Assembly: GCA_965198235.1 (NCBI GenBank)
Contig: OZ240248.1
Span: 1 to 64,000 of the forward strand
From: Candidatus Poribacteria bacterium
Lineage (GTDB): Bacteria > Poribacteria > WGA-4E > WGA-3G
Direction of reading: 5' to 3'
Length of the DNA: 64,000 nt
Below the pieces are notes generated by a model, which was given only the letters and a program-made list of their open reading frames with translations, was not told where the DNA came from and ran no database searches. The position numbers and the translations under genes were made by a program. Below, piece by piece: positions 10,841-20,707 of the stretch. The stretch's first letter is position 1. Each line of letters starts with the position of its first letter.

Positions 10841-12265
10841 ATGAACACGCAGAAAACGGTACTTATTGTAGATGCCGATAGGACCGAACGAGAACTTGTT
10901 TGTGAAACACTTGCAGGTCAAGGACTGCGTCTTGTCGTTACAGGGAATATGTATCAAGCGTTTCATCATATTGAGCACCTCAAGGTAGATATTCTCATCG
11001 CACAATTGAGAGCAGAACGGATTGATGGATTGACCCTGCTCGATGCTGCGGCACAGCATCAACCTGATGTCGGTGTGATTTTTATTACAGAGCCTAACAT
11101 TCTGGAAACTGATATTGGCATCAAAGCGATGCTGGCATATAAAGACACCTTTTTTCTACCAAAGCCGGTTAATCCTGTTCACCTGGCGGCACTTCTGCAT
11201 AGGACGCTCGAAAACCAGCGCCTCGCTTTTGAAAATCGGCAATTACAATCACAAATAGATGAGAAAGAAGGATTACGCCGCCTCACAGGGAAGTCACCTC
11301 AAATCACAAAAATTCGCGACATGATTACGCAGATTGCACCGACAAAATCGACTGTGATGATATACGGTGCGCGGGGTACGGGCAAAGAATTGGTTGCCCG
11401 TGCGATTCATCATCGGAGTTTACGACGTGGCTCTCTTATTGCCTTCAATTGTGCAACGCTAAACGAAAACCTCGCAGAATCTGAACTCTTTGGTCATGAG
11501 CGCGGCGCGTTTAGTGGGGCGTATCATCAACGCAAAGGGAGATTTGAGCTTGCACATGGAGGCACCCTATTTCTTGACGAGGTCTCGCAGCTCAGCCTAT
11601 CCAACCAAGCACGTCTTTTGCGCGTCCTCGAAGAACGCGAATTTGAACGGGTCGGTGGGAGCAAAACAATTCAGGTTGATGTCCGTGTTGTATGTGTCAC
11701 GAACCACGATCTGGAAACCGCATCCAAAAAGCGAGAATTCCTGCCGGATCTCTATGACCGGCTTAACGTAGTGCCTATCTATCTTCCTACGCTTCAGGAA
11801 CGTATTGAAGATGTTCCGTTGCTCGTTAAAGATTTCCTCAAAGAGTTTAGTCAACAGAACGGGAAATCTCTGATAACAATCGCACCGGAGGCGGTTAGAA
11901 CGTTGATGAAATACGACTGGCCAGGGAATGTCCGCGAATTGAAAAACTGCATTGAAGGTATGGTTGTCATGTCCAACCAATCGACAATTCAGCAGATTCA
12001 CCTGCCCGAACGCATTCTCAAAGCAACGGGAACAGAGTTTTCAAATTTACTTTCGGTTCCTGATGTCTGGCAAGTTAGTGCGAATAACGGTGGGCAACGT
12101 TTAAATGTAGAAGTCGGCATGTCGCTTGATGAGATTAACCGGGAGGCCCTGCGCGCTACCCTCGAATCCGTAGGCAATAACAAGGCAAAAGCCGCAGAAA
12201 TCCTCAAAGTGAGTCGCCGAACAATCCAACGGAAAGCAAAAGAGTACGGTCTGTCCGACGAATAA
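10841..12265 (+). CDS. Sigma54-dependent activator (NtrC family) with atypical receiver domain
   Basis: GARGTGKE Walker [29 protein letters not shown], Fis-type HTH; ATG at 10841 preferred over TTG at 10802. Confidence 0.92.
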   Translation: MNTQKTVLIVDADRTERELVCETLAGQGLRLVVTGNMYQAFHHIEHLKVDILIAQLRAERIDGLTLLDAAAQHQPDVGVIFITEPNILETDIGIKAMLAYKDTFFLPKPVNPVHLAALLHRTLENQRLAFENRQLQSQIDEKEGLRRLTGKSPQITKIRDMITQIAPTKSTVMIYGARGTGKELVARAIHHRSLRRGSLIAFNCATLNENLAESELFGHERGAFSGAYHQRKGRFELAHGGTLFLDEVSQLSLSNQARLLRVLEEREFERVGGSKTIQVDVRVVCVTNHDLETASKKREFLPDLYDRLNVVPIYLPTLQERIEDVPLLVKDFLKEFSQQNGKSLITIAPEAVRTLMKYDWPGNVRELKNCIEGMVVMSNQSTIQQIHLPERILKATGTEFSNLLSVPDVWQVSANNGGQRLNVEVGMSLDEINREALRATLESVGNNKAKAAEILKVSRRTIQRKAKEYGLSDE

Positions 12266-12338
12266 GAATTGTCACAGTGCCCTATTTTCCGCACTCTTAT
12301 TTGGATTTTCAAGCGTATCAGTTTCACGCAGTAGAAAC

Positions 12339-13130
12339 TTAGTGTCCCTGAGACAATAGTTTCTGCTTGTTCGCATAAACCTGTTTATAATAATCTACGC
12401 GTTTCAATTGCGAAGCCGCTGCCTCGTCGATGATGACAACCGTGCGGGGATGCATCTGTAGCACCGATGCTGGCACCTCCGCTGTGATAGGTCCCTCCAC
12501 GGCGTGGGCAATCGCTTCCGCTTTCGATTCACCGTTTGCCAGCAGCAGACACTCTCTCGCTTCCATAATCGTGCCTACCCCCATCGTAATCGCCATTCTT
12601 GGCACTGCATCCACGGTTCCTCCGAAATGCGGTGCGTTCGCCTCCAGCGTACCCCGAGTCAAAGTCTTGATGCGAGTCCGGGATCCCAGAGAGGAACTCG
12701 GTTCATTAAAACCGATGTGTCCATCTTTCCCAATACCGAGCACTTGAATGTCAATACCACCAGCATTTACAATTGCTGCTTCGTACTGCTCACAAAATTC
12801 CTCGTGTGCCACAGCCGTACTCTGCGGGATATGGCAATTCTCAGCGGGAATATTAACGGCGTTAAAAAAGTGGGTCGCCATGAAGGTGTGGTAACTATGC
12901 GGATGGTTCGGTGGAATCCCGACATACTCATCAAGGTTAAAAGTCGTCACGGACGAGAAATCAAGTCCCTCTGCTTTGTGCATCCGTGCCAAGGCTTCAT
13001 AAAGTCCGATCGGCGTGCTACCGGTAGCCAGTCCCAAAACGAGGCTCGGCTTTTTTCGCAGCGCGTCTCGGATAATTCCCGCTGAAACCGCCACAAGTTG
13101 CTCATAAGTCGGTTGAATAATAACTTCCAT
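12339..13130 (-). CDS. nagB: Glucosamine-6-phosphate deaminase
   Basis: GLATGSTP, FNLDEY, GIGKDGHIGFNEP. Confidence 0.96.
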   Translation of the reverse strand: MEVIIQPTYEQLVAVSAGIIRDALRKKPSLVLGLATGSTPIGLYEALARMHKAEGLDFSSVTTFNLDEYVGIPPNHPHSYHTFMATHFFNAVNIPAENCHIPQSTAVAHEEFCEQYEAAIVNAGGIDIQVLGIGKDGHIGFNEPSSSLGSRTRIKTLTRGTLEANAPHFGGTVDAVPRMAITMGVGTIMEARECLLLANGESKAEAIAHAVEGPITAEVPASVLQMHPRTVVIIDEAAASQLKRVDYYKQVYANKQKLLSQGH

Positions 13131-13185
13131 TTACTTTGTAGGGACACCTTCCAATTCAATTGCGTTAGTATTTTTGGGTTTGGCA

Positions 13186-13308
13186 TTAGACATTTCCAGC
13201 GATAATCCTGTCCATATCATCGCTGATACTATGCACCCTGCCCTCCGGATTGTCTCCGTCAACAGGGAGTTCTGCAGTCATGTAGTCGTCATATCCGATA
13301 TCTTCATC
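13186..13308 (-). pseudogene. Possible C-terminal remnant of a sugar phosphate isomerase/epimerase
   Basis: Headless frame DEDIGYDDYMTAELP...ISDDMDRIIAGNV* resembles the xGYDGxxxxE ending of TIM-barrel isomerases. Confidence 0.4.
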
Positions 13309-14663
13309 TATTTCTCCTTTTGCGCCGCCTGAATTTTCAATTGGAGTTTGTTGTATGCGTCTGTACCTGGTGCGAGAGCGATGGCTTGGTGAATCGCTTC
13401 CAAAGCTTTCGCATATTGTGCGTTGCGGTAGTAGGTGTATGCAAGCGTGTCATAGTGTCTCGCAGTTGGTGCCAAAGAGACAGCGTGCTTTGCTAAGTCA
13501 ATCGCCTGTTGCATCTCTTTACCGAGTCCGGCATAAACGCGCGCCAAGTTGTTATATGCTTCTGCTGCTGTGCTATCTACAACAATTGCACGCTTGAACG
13601 TTGCGATCGCCGGTTCAAACTGCTGTTGGTTGATATAGATGACTCCTAACTTCAGCCACGTCTGTGAGTCGTCTGGTGCGATTTCTGTGGATTTCTGATA
13701 TGCCAATGCCGCTTTTTCAAACGCTTGCTGTTTGATGAAAACTTCACCGAGATGAGTATGTGCTGGCAAATAAGACGGATGCACTTGTGTGGCAGTTTCG
13801 TAAATCCGAATTGCTGCTGTTAAATTGTTATATGCTTCGTGAATTTCCCCTAATTTGATGTATAACATCGGCAGGTTCGGGTTTGTGTAAAGTGCTTCCC
13901 GATACTGATGTACCGTATCCTCGTAAATTTTCAGGTGTTGGAACTGTGCCATGGCAGCCGCTGCTTGTTTACTGTTTCCAAGCTGCCGATAGGTAAGGGC
14001 GCGCCGGTAGTGCGCCTGTGATAGATATTGATTTCGCACAAGCGCGGCATCGTAATATTCCATCGCCTGTTGCAGGCGATTCTGCAGTTCCGACACCCTT
14101 CCGAGTCCGTAATAGGACTCAGTATGGTCAGGATTTAAGCGAATACCCTCACGATACGCATTTTCAGCCGCGTTCAATCGGTGTCGCAGCACATACACAT
14201 CACCGAGATGAATGTGTACTTCTGAAGTTTCAGGCAGCAGGGTAAGTGCTTGTCTGAGATGGTTTTCAGCAAGCGTCAATTTGCCTTGCGTTTTGTAGAC
14301 GATGCCTAAATGGAGGTGCGCGGTTCCATGTACATCCTGCGGTGCTTTCAGTGCCAAAGCACTCTGATATGCCGATACTGCCTCGCTTAAGCTATTGAGC
14401 TCCTGATAGACAATACCGATATAGCATTCGGCGAGACTCCCAACATTCTCTGATGTCGCAAATTCCTTCCGGATGTTTTGAAATTCGGCGAGTGCCAGAT
14501 CGTACTGTTCCGCGTCAAGGTAGCGTACACCGCGTTCAAACCTACTGTTCAGCTCCTGTTCAGTATCGCACCATCCTTGCATCGGTGTGAGCAGAACGGG
14601 TAGAACAAATAAGGTAATTAGGGTTTTCACTGTGGGGAGTAGACGGCATTGATGCGTAAACAT
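13308..14663 (-). CDS. Tetratricopeptide repeat protein, probably exported
   Basis: Multiple TPR-pattern repeats; hydrophobic N-terminal segment. Confidence 0.9.
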   Translation of the reverse strand: MFTHQCRLLPTVKTLITLFVLPVLLTPMQGWCDTEQELNSRFERGVRYLDAEQYDLALAEFQNIRKEFATSENVGSLAECYIGIVYQELNSLSEAVSAYQSALALKAPQDVHGTAHLHLGIVYKTQGKLTLAENHLRQALTLLPETSEVHIHLGDVYVLRHRLNAAENAYREGIRLNPDHTESYYGLGRVSELQNRLQQAMEYYDAALVRNQYLSQAHYRRALTYRQLGNSKQAAAAMAQFQHLKIYEDTVHQYREALYTNPNLPMLYIKLGEIHEAYNNLTAAIRIYETATQVHPSYLPAHTHLGEVFIKQQAFEKAALAYQKSTEIAPDDSQTWLKLGVIYINQQQFEPAIATFKRAIVVDSTAAEAYNNLARVYAGLGKEMQQAIDLAKHAVSLAPTARHYDTLAYTYYRNAQYAKALEAIHQAIALAPGTDAYNKLQLKIQAAQKEK

Positions 14664-14683
14664 ACGCCGATGAGAGAGTAGAT

Positions 14684-14710
14684 GTGGGACGGCACGGGAG
14701 CCGTCCCTAC
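14684..14710 (-). repeat. GTAG-type REP-like palindrome / possible terminator after LamG gene
   Basis: Minus strand GTAGGGACGGCTCCCGTGCCGTCCCAC; related hairpins at about 15901-15929 and 16994-17022. Confidence 0.6.
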
Positions 14711-14726
14711 ATTTCAGGGTGTGAAA

Positions 14727-15518
14727 TTAGTCACGATTTCTTTTCAGTTGCCCCCACGTAGTGGAGAGTTTATCCTCAGGTTCAACAGGAAGCAGTCCAC
14801 CCTCCATAACGTCTACAACCTCTTTATCGCTGAGGGCTCTGTCGTAAACGTAGAGATCGTCGATGTAGAACTTCGCAGCGTTATAACCCGTTTTACCAAT
14901 GTAAAGTTTCTCTGCCCCTTGCGCGTGATCCTTCGGAACAGCTATTTTTACAACTTCTTTTCCATCAATATAGAACTTCAACTCGGCATTCTCTTTGACC
15001 CCTGCGACGTGATACCATTTACCGGTATCAAACTCGTCATTTTCTCCCTTGGGACCTGCACAGTGCGTGCCTGCGTTACCGGGATTAAACCGGTAGTGGA
15101 TGTACAGCGGCACACGGTTACAGGTCCATATACCGGGTGAACGGTCAGAGCCAGGGGCTTTTTTCGCAATAATTTGATCCCAGCTACCGGAGTTCTTTTC
15201 AGTGAAGTTGAGCCAGAAGAGATAGGAGTTGTCCCTATAATCTTCTAATTCTTTGAAGGAATCGACCTGCACACCGTCACCGGGCTTTGCGAATAACATT
15301 GAGCCTTTACCGTGGACGACTTCATCCTTGGCAATCTTCGCGCCATCAACTATTTCACCATCATTTCCGCCACCGGTTTCATCTACAAGTTTTCCGCCTT
15401 TTGCTTGATCGAAACTGAAGTAAAGGATTAAACCTTTATCTTGGACTTCGGCATGCGTGGAAAGTGCGCTGCCTACCATTAGTAGAGCAACGACGAACAG
15501 ATACATTATTGAACGCAT
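14727..15518 (-). CDS. Secreted LamG-like jellyroll protein, copy 1
   Basis: Signal peptide, LYFSFD, WYHVAG, IDDLYVYDRALS; C-terminal VEPEDKLSTTWGQLK. Confidence 0.9.
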   Translation of the reverse strand: MRSIMYLFVVALLMVGSALSTHAEVQDKGLILYFSFDQAKGGKLVDETGGGNDGEIVDGAKIAKDEVVHGKGSMLFAKPGDGVQVDSFKELEDYRDNSYLFWLNFTEKNSGSWDQIIAKKAPGSDRSPGIWTCNRVPLYIHYRFNPGNAGTHCAGPKGENDEFDTGKWYHVAGVKENAELKFYIDGKEVVKIAVPKDHAQGAEKLYIGKTGYNAAKFYIDDLYVYDRALSDKEVVDVMEGGLLPVEPEDKLSTTWGQLKRNRD

Positions 15519-15634
15519 GAGTATACCTCCTCATGTCTGAAATGAAATTAACGTGCCATGCGAGTCGCTTATAGAGCATGGCTTGCAAGCCTATTGTGAA
15601 ATAATAAGAGACCCGCGTTTTAACTCACAAAAGC

Positions 15635-15663
15635 ATTGTAAAAGAAATACTTAAATATGTCAA
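15635..15663 (-). promoter_or_regulatory. Sigma70 promoter, LamG copy 1
   Basis: TTGACA-N17-TACAAT on the minus strand. Confidence 0.75.
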
Positions 15664-15938
15664 GAGGAATCTGTGTCTGGAACTTTCTGATCCACCGATA
15701 AAAGAATAGGTGATGTCGGATTTCGGCTATGTGTGTTTATATTTAAACGAAGGAGGATTAGAGACGGACGGAACTCAAGGCATTTATTGTGTTGCTGCGG
15801 GCTTTCGGATGCGTGTCTATCTGCTGTGGCGATAGAGGGGGGTTCGCTTTGGGAAACAGGTAAACCTTGACGAACAGGCAGACACAGACGAGAAGATGAA
15901 TGTGGGACGACCTTAGAGTCATCCCACATTTCGGGCAC

Positions 15939-16730
15939 TTAATCACGACGTGTTTTCAGTTGTCCCCACGTAGTGGCGACCTTGTCCTCAGGTTCAACAG
16001 GAAGCAGCCCACCTTCCATAACGTTTACAACCTCTTTAGCACTGAGGGCTCTGTCGTAAACGTAAAGATCATCGATGTAGAACTTCGCAGCGGCAGAACC
16101 CGTTTTACCAATGTAAAGGTTCTCCGCCCCTTGCGCGTGATCCTTCGGAACAGCTATTTTCACAACTTCTTTTCCATCAACATAGAACATCAACTCGGCA
16201 CTATCTTTGACACCTGCGATGTGATACCATTTATCGGTGTCAAATGTGTCGTTTTCTCCATCGGGACCTGCGCAGTGCGTGCCTGCGTTACCGGGATTAA
16301 ACCGGTAATGGATGTGCAGAGGTACACGGTTACAAGTCCATATCCCGGGTGAACGATCAGAGCCAGGGGCTTTTTTCGCAATAATTTGATTCCAGCTACC
16401 GGAGTTCTTTTCAGTAAAGTTGAGCCAGAAGAGATAGGAGTTATCCCTATAATCTTCTAATTCTTTGAAGGAATCGACCGTCACACTGTCACCGGGCTTT
16501 TCAAATAACATTGCGCCTTTGCCGTGGACAACTTCATCCTTGACAACCTTCGCACCATCAACTATTTCACCATCATTTCCGCCACCGGTTTCATCTACAA
16601 GTTTTCCACCTTTTGCTTCATCGAAACTGAAGTAAAGGATTAAACCTTTATCTTGGACTTCGGCATGCGTGGAAAGTGCGCTGCCTACCATTAGTAGCAC
16701 AACGACGAACAGATACATTATTGAACGCAT
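15939..16730 (-). CDS. Secreted LamG-like jellyroll protein, copy 2
   Basis: Highly similar to copy 1, same 263 aa length. Confidence 0.9.
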   Translation of the reverse strand: MRSIMYLFVVVLLMVGSALSTHAEVQDKGLILYFSFDEAKGGKLVDETGGGNDGEIVDGAKVVKDEVVHGKGAMLFEKPGDSVTVDSFKELEDYRDNSYLFWLNFTEKNSGSWNQIIAKKAPGSDRSPGIWTCNRVPLHIHYRFNPGNAGTHCAGPDGENDTFDTDKWYHIAGVKDSAELMFYVDGKEVVKIAVPKDHAQGAENLYIGKTGSAAAKFYIDDLYVYDRALSAKEVVNVMEGGLLPVEPEDKVATTWGQLKTRRD

Positions 16731-16846
16731 AAGTATACCTCCTCATGTCTGAAATGAAATTAACGTGCCGTGCGAGTCGCTTATAGAGCATGGCTTGCAA
16801 GCCTATTGTGAAATAATAAGAGACCCGCGTTTTAACTCACAAAAGC

Positions 16847-16875
16847 ATTGTAAAAGAAATACTTAAATATGTCAA
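16847..16875 (-). promoter_or_regulatory. Sigma70 promoter, LamG copy 2
   Basis: TTGACA-N17-TACAAT, identical to copy 1. Confidence 0.75.
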
Positions 16876-17037
16876 GAGGAATCTGCGTCTGGAACTTTCT
16901 GATCCACCGATAAAAGAATAGATGCAGGGACAGGCTTCGCTCTGGGAAACAAGTAAAACTTTGAGGAATAGGCAGACACAGGTGGGAAAATAAGTGTGGA
17001 ACGACATGAGAGCCGTCCCACATTTTATGCTGTGAAA

Positions 17038-17829
17038 TTAATTACGATGTGTTTTCAGTTGTCCCCACGTCGCAGCGAGTTTGTTTTTCGGTTCGACAGG
17101 CGTGAGAAGACCACCCTCCATGATATTTCCTACCTCATCTGCACTGAGTGCTCTATCGTAGACATAAAGGTCATCAACGTAGAAGAGCGCGGAGGCGTAA
17201 CCCGTTTTACCGATATAGAGTTTTTCTGCACCTTGCGAGTGGTCTGCCGGAACACTCTGTTCATCAACCACTTCACCATCAATATAAAATTTGAATTGGT
17301 CACCCTCTTTGATACCACCAATGTGGTGCCAGTCACCGGTTGCAAATTCATCACCTTCTCCTTCGGGACCAACACAAAGACTGCCCGCGTTCCCCGGATT
17401 GAACCGGTAGTGGATATGCAAGCTCGCGCGATTACAGGTCCATATACCCGGAGAACGGTCAGAACCAGGTGCCTTTTTTGCTATAATTTGATTCCAAGCG
17501 CCGGAATTCACGTCGGTGAAATTGAGCCAGAAGAGATAGGAGTTGTCCTTATATTCTTCTAATGCTTTAAAAGAATCAACCGACACACTGTCATTACCGT
17601 CATCGCATAACAACGATCCGTTGCCGTATACAACTTCGTCGGTGGCAATCTCTGCTCCATCAACTACGCCATCATTTCCACCGCCGGTTTCATCTGCAAC
17701 TGTCCCATTTTTTGCTTCATCGAAACTGAAGTAAAGAATTAAGCCGTCGTCTTGGACTGTAGCGTGTGTGGTGAGCGTGTTGCCTACCATTAGGAGTCCA
17801 ACAGCAAATAAATACAACATTAAACGCAT
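17038..17829 (-). CDS. Secreted LamG-like jellyroll protein, copy 3
   Basis: More diverged paralog sharing QIIAKKAPGSDRSPGIWTCNR. Confidence 0.9.
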   Translation of the reverse strand: MRLMLYLFAVGLLMVGNTLTTHATVQDDGLILYFSFDEAKNGTVADETGGGNDGVVDGAEIATDEVVYGNGSLLCDDGNDSVSVDSFKALEEYKDNSYLFWLNFTDVNSGAWNQIIAKKAPGSDRSPGIWTCNRASLHIHYRFNPGNAGSLCVGPEGEGDEFATGDWHHIGGIKEGDQFKFYIDGEVVDEQSVPADHSQGAEKLYIGKTGYASALFYVDDLYVYDRALSADEVGNIMEGGLLTPVEPKNKLAATWGQLKTHRN

Positions 17830-17911
17830 GAGTATACCTCCTCATGTCTGAAATAAAATTAGCGTACCGTGCGAGCCTTAGAAAGGGACCCGCGTTTTAA
17901 CTCATAGGAAT

Positions 17912-17940
17912 ATGATACAAGAAACACCCAAATATGTCAA
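17912..17940 (-). promoter_or_regulatory. Sigma70 promoter, LamG copy 3
   Basis: TTGACA-N17-TATCAT. Confidence 0.7.
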
Positions 17941-18054
17941 GGAAAATCTGTATCCGCGTAATTTCTATTGGAAATGGGTGATGTCGAGATTCAGATATGT
18001 TGTAATTAAGACAGCCATTGGACTGTTACTGATGTTCCGGTGTATAAAAATCCT

Positions 18055-18083
18055 TTGACATACCTTTATTTCTGTGGTATGCT
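18055..18083 (+). promoter_or_regulatory. Sigma70 promoter
   Basis: TTGACA-N17-TATGCT with TG extension. Confidence 0.65.
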
Positions 18084-18167
18084 AAGTTGAACTTCAATGG
18101 ATTTAAATAAATGATTCTGAATTGGCGAAGATTGCCCTATTTTATTTTTTCTGAAAGGGATGTCGAA

Positions 18168-18737
18168 ATGAAGAGGACCGATGATCGATCCATCTATGTC
18201 GTTGCCATCTGTGGGAGTCTGCGACAGGGTAGCTCAACGCATGCTGCGCTCCAAATCGCACTCTCCGCTGCCAAAGACGCAGGTGCTGAAGTTGAGTTAC
18301 TTGAACTCGGTGAATACGACCTCGTTTTTCAAGGTTCTGTTGCAAGCGAAAGTGACTATCCACCTGGCGTTTTCAAGTTACGGGAAAAGGTAAAACGCGC
18401 ACACGGCATACTTCTCGGATCCCCTGAATACCACGGGAGCTTCAGCGGTGTCCTTAAAAGCGCACTCGATTTGATGGGATTTGATGAATTTGAGAATAAG
18501 GTGATCGGGCTCATCGGTGTATCTGGGGGACGAATGGGCGCGGTGAATGCCTTATCTATGTTGCGGACGGTAGGCACTGCTCTTCACGCATGGGTCGTGC
18601 CGAATGACGTATCAATCCCAAACTCATCTGAGGCGTTTGACGCGGACGGTAATTTACACGATGCTGAATTGACTGCACGCGTCAAAGCAGTCGGCGAACA
18701 GGTTACCGAATTCGCCACACTTCGAAATTCAGCATGA
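18168..18737 (+). CDS. NADPH-dependent FMN reductase
   Basis: GSLRQGS, SPEYHGSFSGVLKSALD; start taken at MKRTDD. Confidence 0.92.
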   Translation: MKRTDDRSIYVVAICGSLRQGSSTHAALQIALSAAKDAGAEVELLELGEYDLVFQGSVASESDYPPGVFKLREKVKRAHGILLGSPEYHGSFSGVLKSALDLMGFDEFENKVIGLIGVSGGRMGAVNALSMLRTVGTALHAWVVPNDVSIPNSSEAFDADGNLHDAELTARVKAVGEQVTEFATLRNSA

Positions 18738-18786
18738 GAATGAGATTAACACAGGAACGTGAGACAAATAGAATCCAGTAGACAAA

Positions 18787-19521
18787 ATGAACGCAATACA
18801 CAATTGGGACACATGGATTGGCACGGATGAAGCAGGAAAGGGCGATTATTTTGGTCCGCTCGTCGTCGCAGCCGTTTATGTAGATGCAGACTGTCGAGAA
18901 ACCTTCTCCGATTTGGGCATTACTGATGGGAAAACGTTATCAATTAGTCGTATACGTGACCTTGCTGAATTGATGCACCATCGCTATGAACGGCATATCG
19001 TTGTCGTGCAAAGAATGCCCAACGAGTATAATTCCCTTTATGACGACTTCCGTAGGCGAGGACAAAACCTAAACCACCTGCTTGCATCGCTCCATGCAGA
19101 AGCTATTCATACCTTGGCGACCCGGGTAGGCGCGAAACACGCGCTTGTTGATAGGTTTTCTAAAGACGACCTCATCACGCAGCAGCTACGCCAACGCATG
19201 AAGGGAAAACCACGTTTGCAACAAGGTGCCCCTGTTCCATTTCAAGACAGAATTTCCGGTGGTATCCACTTAGGGATGGAGATGTTGCAGGTTCCAAAGG
19301 CAGAGCGGGATATCGCCGTTGCTGCAGCCTCTATCATCGCCCGTGATGCTTTTCTGAATGCCATGGAAACTCTGTCCGAAAAATATGAGATTCGTTTGCC
19401 AAGAGGCTCGTATCAAGTCGTGGAAGCAGGTAAAGAATTCATCGCATTGCATAGAAGTGAGGCATTGGGACATGTCGCAAAACTCCACTTTCGTTTGACA
19501 GATATTGTTCGGGCTTCGTAA
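18787..19521 (+). CDS. rnhC: Ribonuclease HIII-type enzyme (catalytic domain only)
   Basis: IGTDEAGKGDYFGPLVV, VAAASIIAR, AKLHF. Confidence 0.8.
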   Translation: MNAIHNWDTWIGTDEAGKGDYFGPLVVAAVYVDADCRETFSDLGITDGKTLSISRIRDLAELMHHRYERHIVVVQRMPNEYNSLYDDFRRRGQNLNHLLASLHAEAIHTLATRVGAKHALVDRFSKDDLITQQLRQRMKGKPRLQQGAPVPFQDRISGGIHLGMEMLQVPKAERDIAVAAASIIARDAFLNAMETLSEKYEIRLPRGSYQVVEAGKEFIALHRSEALGHVAKLHFRLTDIVRAS

Positions 19522-19545
19522 GCAGCGAATCTATTTTAAAGAATT

Positions 19546-20703
19546 ATGGAAGAATTATTTAGTGTTCATTACGCCGAAATTGGACTCAAGGGCAAAAATA
19601 GGGTGTTTTTTGAGAAACGGCTTGTGAATAACATCAAACTTGCCCTGCGCGGCACAGAATACGCAGAAGTAGAGCGACTTCACGATAGAATTCTCGTGCA
19701 TCTTAGGCAGAATACTGACATCACTGAAGTTAAGAGATGTCTGCGGCAAGTCATGGGTATCGCCCATTTTGAACTCGCATGCCGTACCGAAAGGAACATC
19801 ACCGCCATTAAAGAGGCTGCCCTACGGCAAATCCAAGATGGCTGTTACGAGTCCCTTAAAGTTGAGACACGGCGGACAGATAAAACCTTTCCGTTAACCT
19901 CTCCGCAGGTGAGTGCTGAGGTCGGTGGGTATCTCGTTAAGGAAACGGGCACGCGTGCCGATATGCATAATCCCGACTTGGTTTGTTGGGTCAAAATAAC
20001 ACACAATGCGGCGTATATCTCCATCGAGAAGATTCCGGGGATTGGCGGATTGCCAGTCGGTGTAAGTGGTAAAGTGCTTGTCATGTTGTCCGGTGGGATT
20101 GATTCCCCAGTCGCCGCGTGGCAAATAATAAAACGTGGCGCGAAAGCCGTTTTTATCCACTTTTACAGTTATCCGTATACCGATAAAGCCTCCTTAGAGA
20201 AGGTGATTGAACTCGCTCAGATCTTGGCGGTGTCAAACTACCGCAGTACTGTCTATCTCGTTCCGTTTGCTGAGCTCCAGCAGATTATCGTCACCGCGAC
20301 ACCGACACCCTTCAGGGTCCTACTGTATCGGCGAATGATGACACGCATTGCACAGCGTGTTGCGACTATGGAGAATGCAGAAGCACTCGTCACCGGCGAA
20401 AGCCTCGCACAAGTCGCTTCCCAAACCCTAACAAACCTCAGAACGATTGAAGCGATCGCCGACATCCCAATTCTGCGTCCACTTATCGGCGAGGACAAGG
20501 CTGAAATTATCGAAAAAGCACAACGGATCGGTACTTTTGATGTATCCACACGCCCACACCAGGATTGTTGTTCGCTCTTTGTACCCAAGCACCCTGCTAC
20601 CCGCGCATCGCTTGCCGACTTAGCCGACGCAGAATCGGGTTTAGATATAGACACGTTGATTGAAGATGCGTTAAATAATCTTGAAAAACAGGTCGTTGGT
20701 TGA
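19546..20703 (+). CDS. thiI: tRNA 4-thiouridine synthase ThiI (no rhodanese domain)
   Basis: EIGLKGKNR, THUMP region, SGGIDS PP-loop, QVASQT, DCC. Confidence 0.95.
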   Translation: MEELFSVHYAEIGLKGKNRVFFEKRLVNNIKLALRGTEYAEVERLHDRILVHLRQNTDITEVKRCLRQVMGIAHFELACRTERNITAIKEAALRQIQDGCYESLKVETRRTDKTFPLTSPQVSAEVGGYLVKETGTRADMHNPDLVCWVKITHNAAYISIEKIPGIGGLPVGVSGKVLVMLSGGIDSPVAAWQIIKRGAKAVFIHFYSYPYTDKASLEKVIELAQILAVSNYRSTVYLVPFAELQQIIVTATPTPFRVLLYRRMMTRIAQRVATMENAEALVTGESLAQVASQTLTNLRTIEAIADIPILRPLIGEDKAEIIEKAQRIGTFDVSTRPHQDCCSLFVPKHPATRASLADLADAESGLDIDTLIEDALNNLEKQVVG

Positions 20704-20707
20704 ACAG

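Noticed and set aside
13131-13307. Minus-strand frame MKISDMTTT-TGA-LQNS... as a second selenoprotein
   Set aside because: No Cys/Sec motif context or convincing hairpin; another frame explains the region as a gene remnant.
15545-15560. Sigma54 promoter (TGGCACG...) in the LamG leader
   Set aside because: The -12 element reads TTTC rather than TTGC, the motif is not conserved in the other copies, and a strong sigma70 promoter lies upstream.
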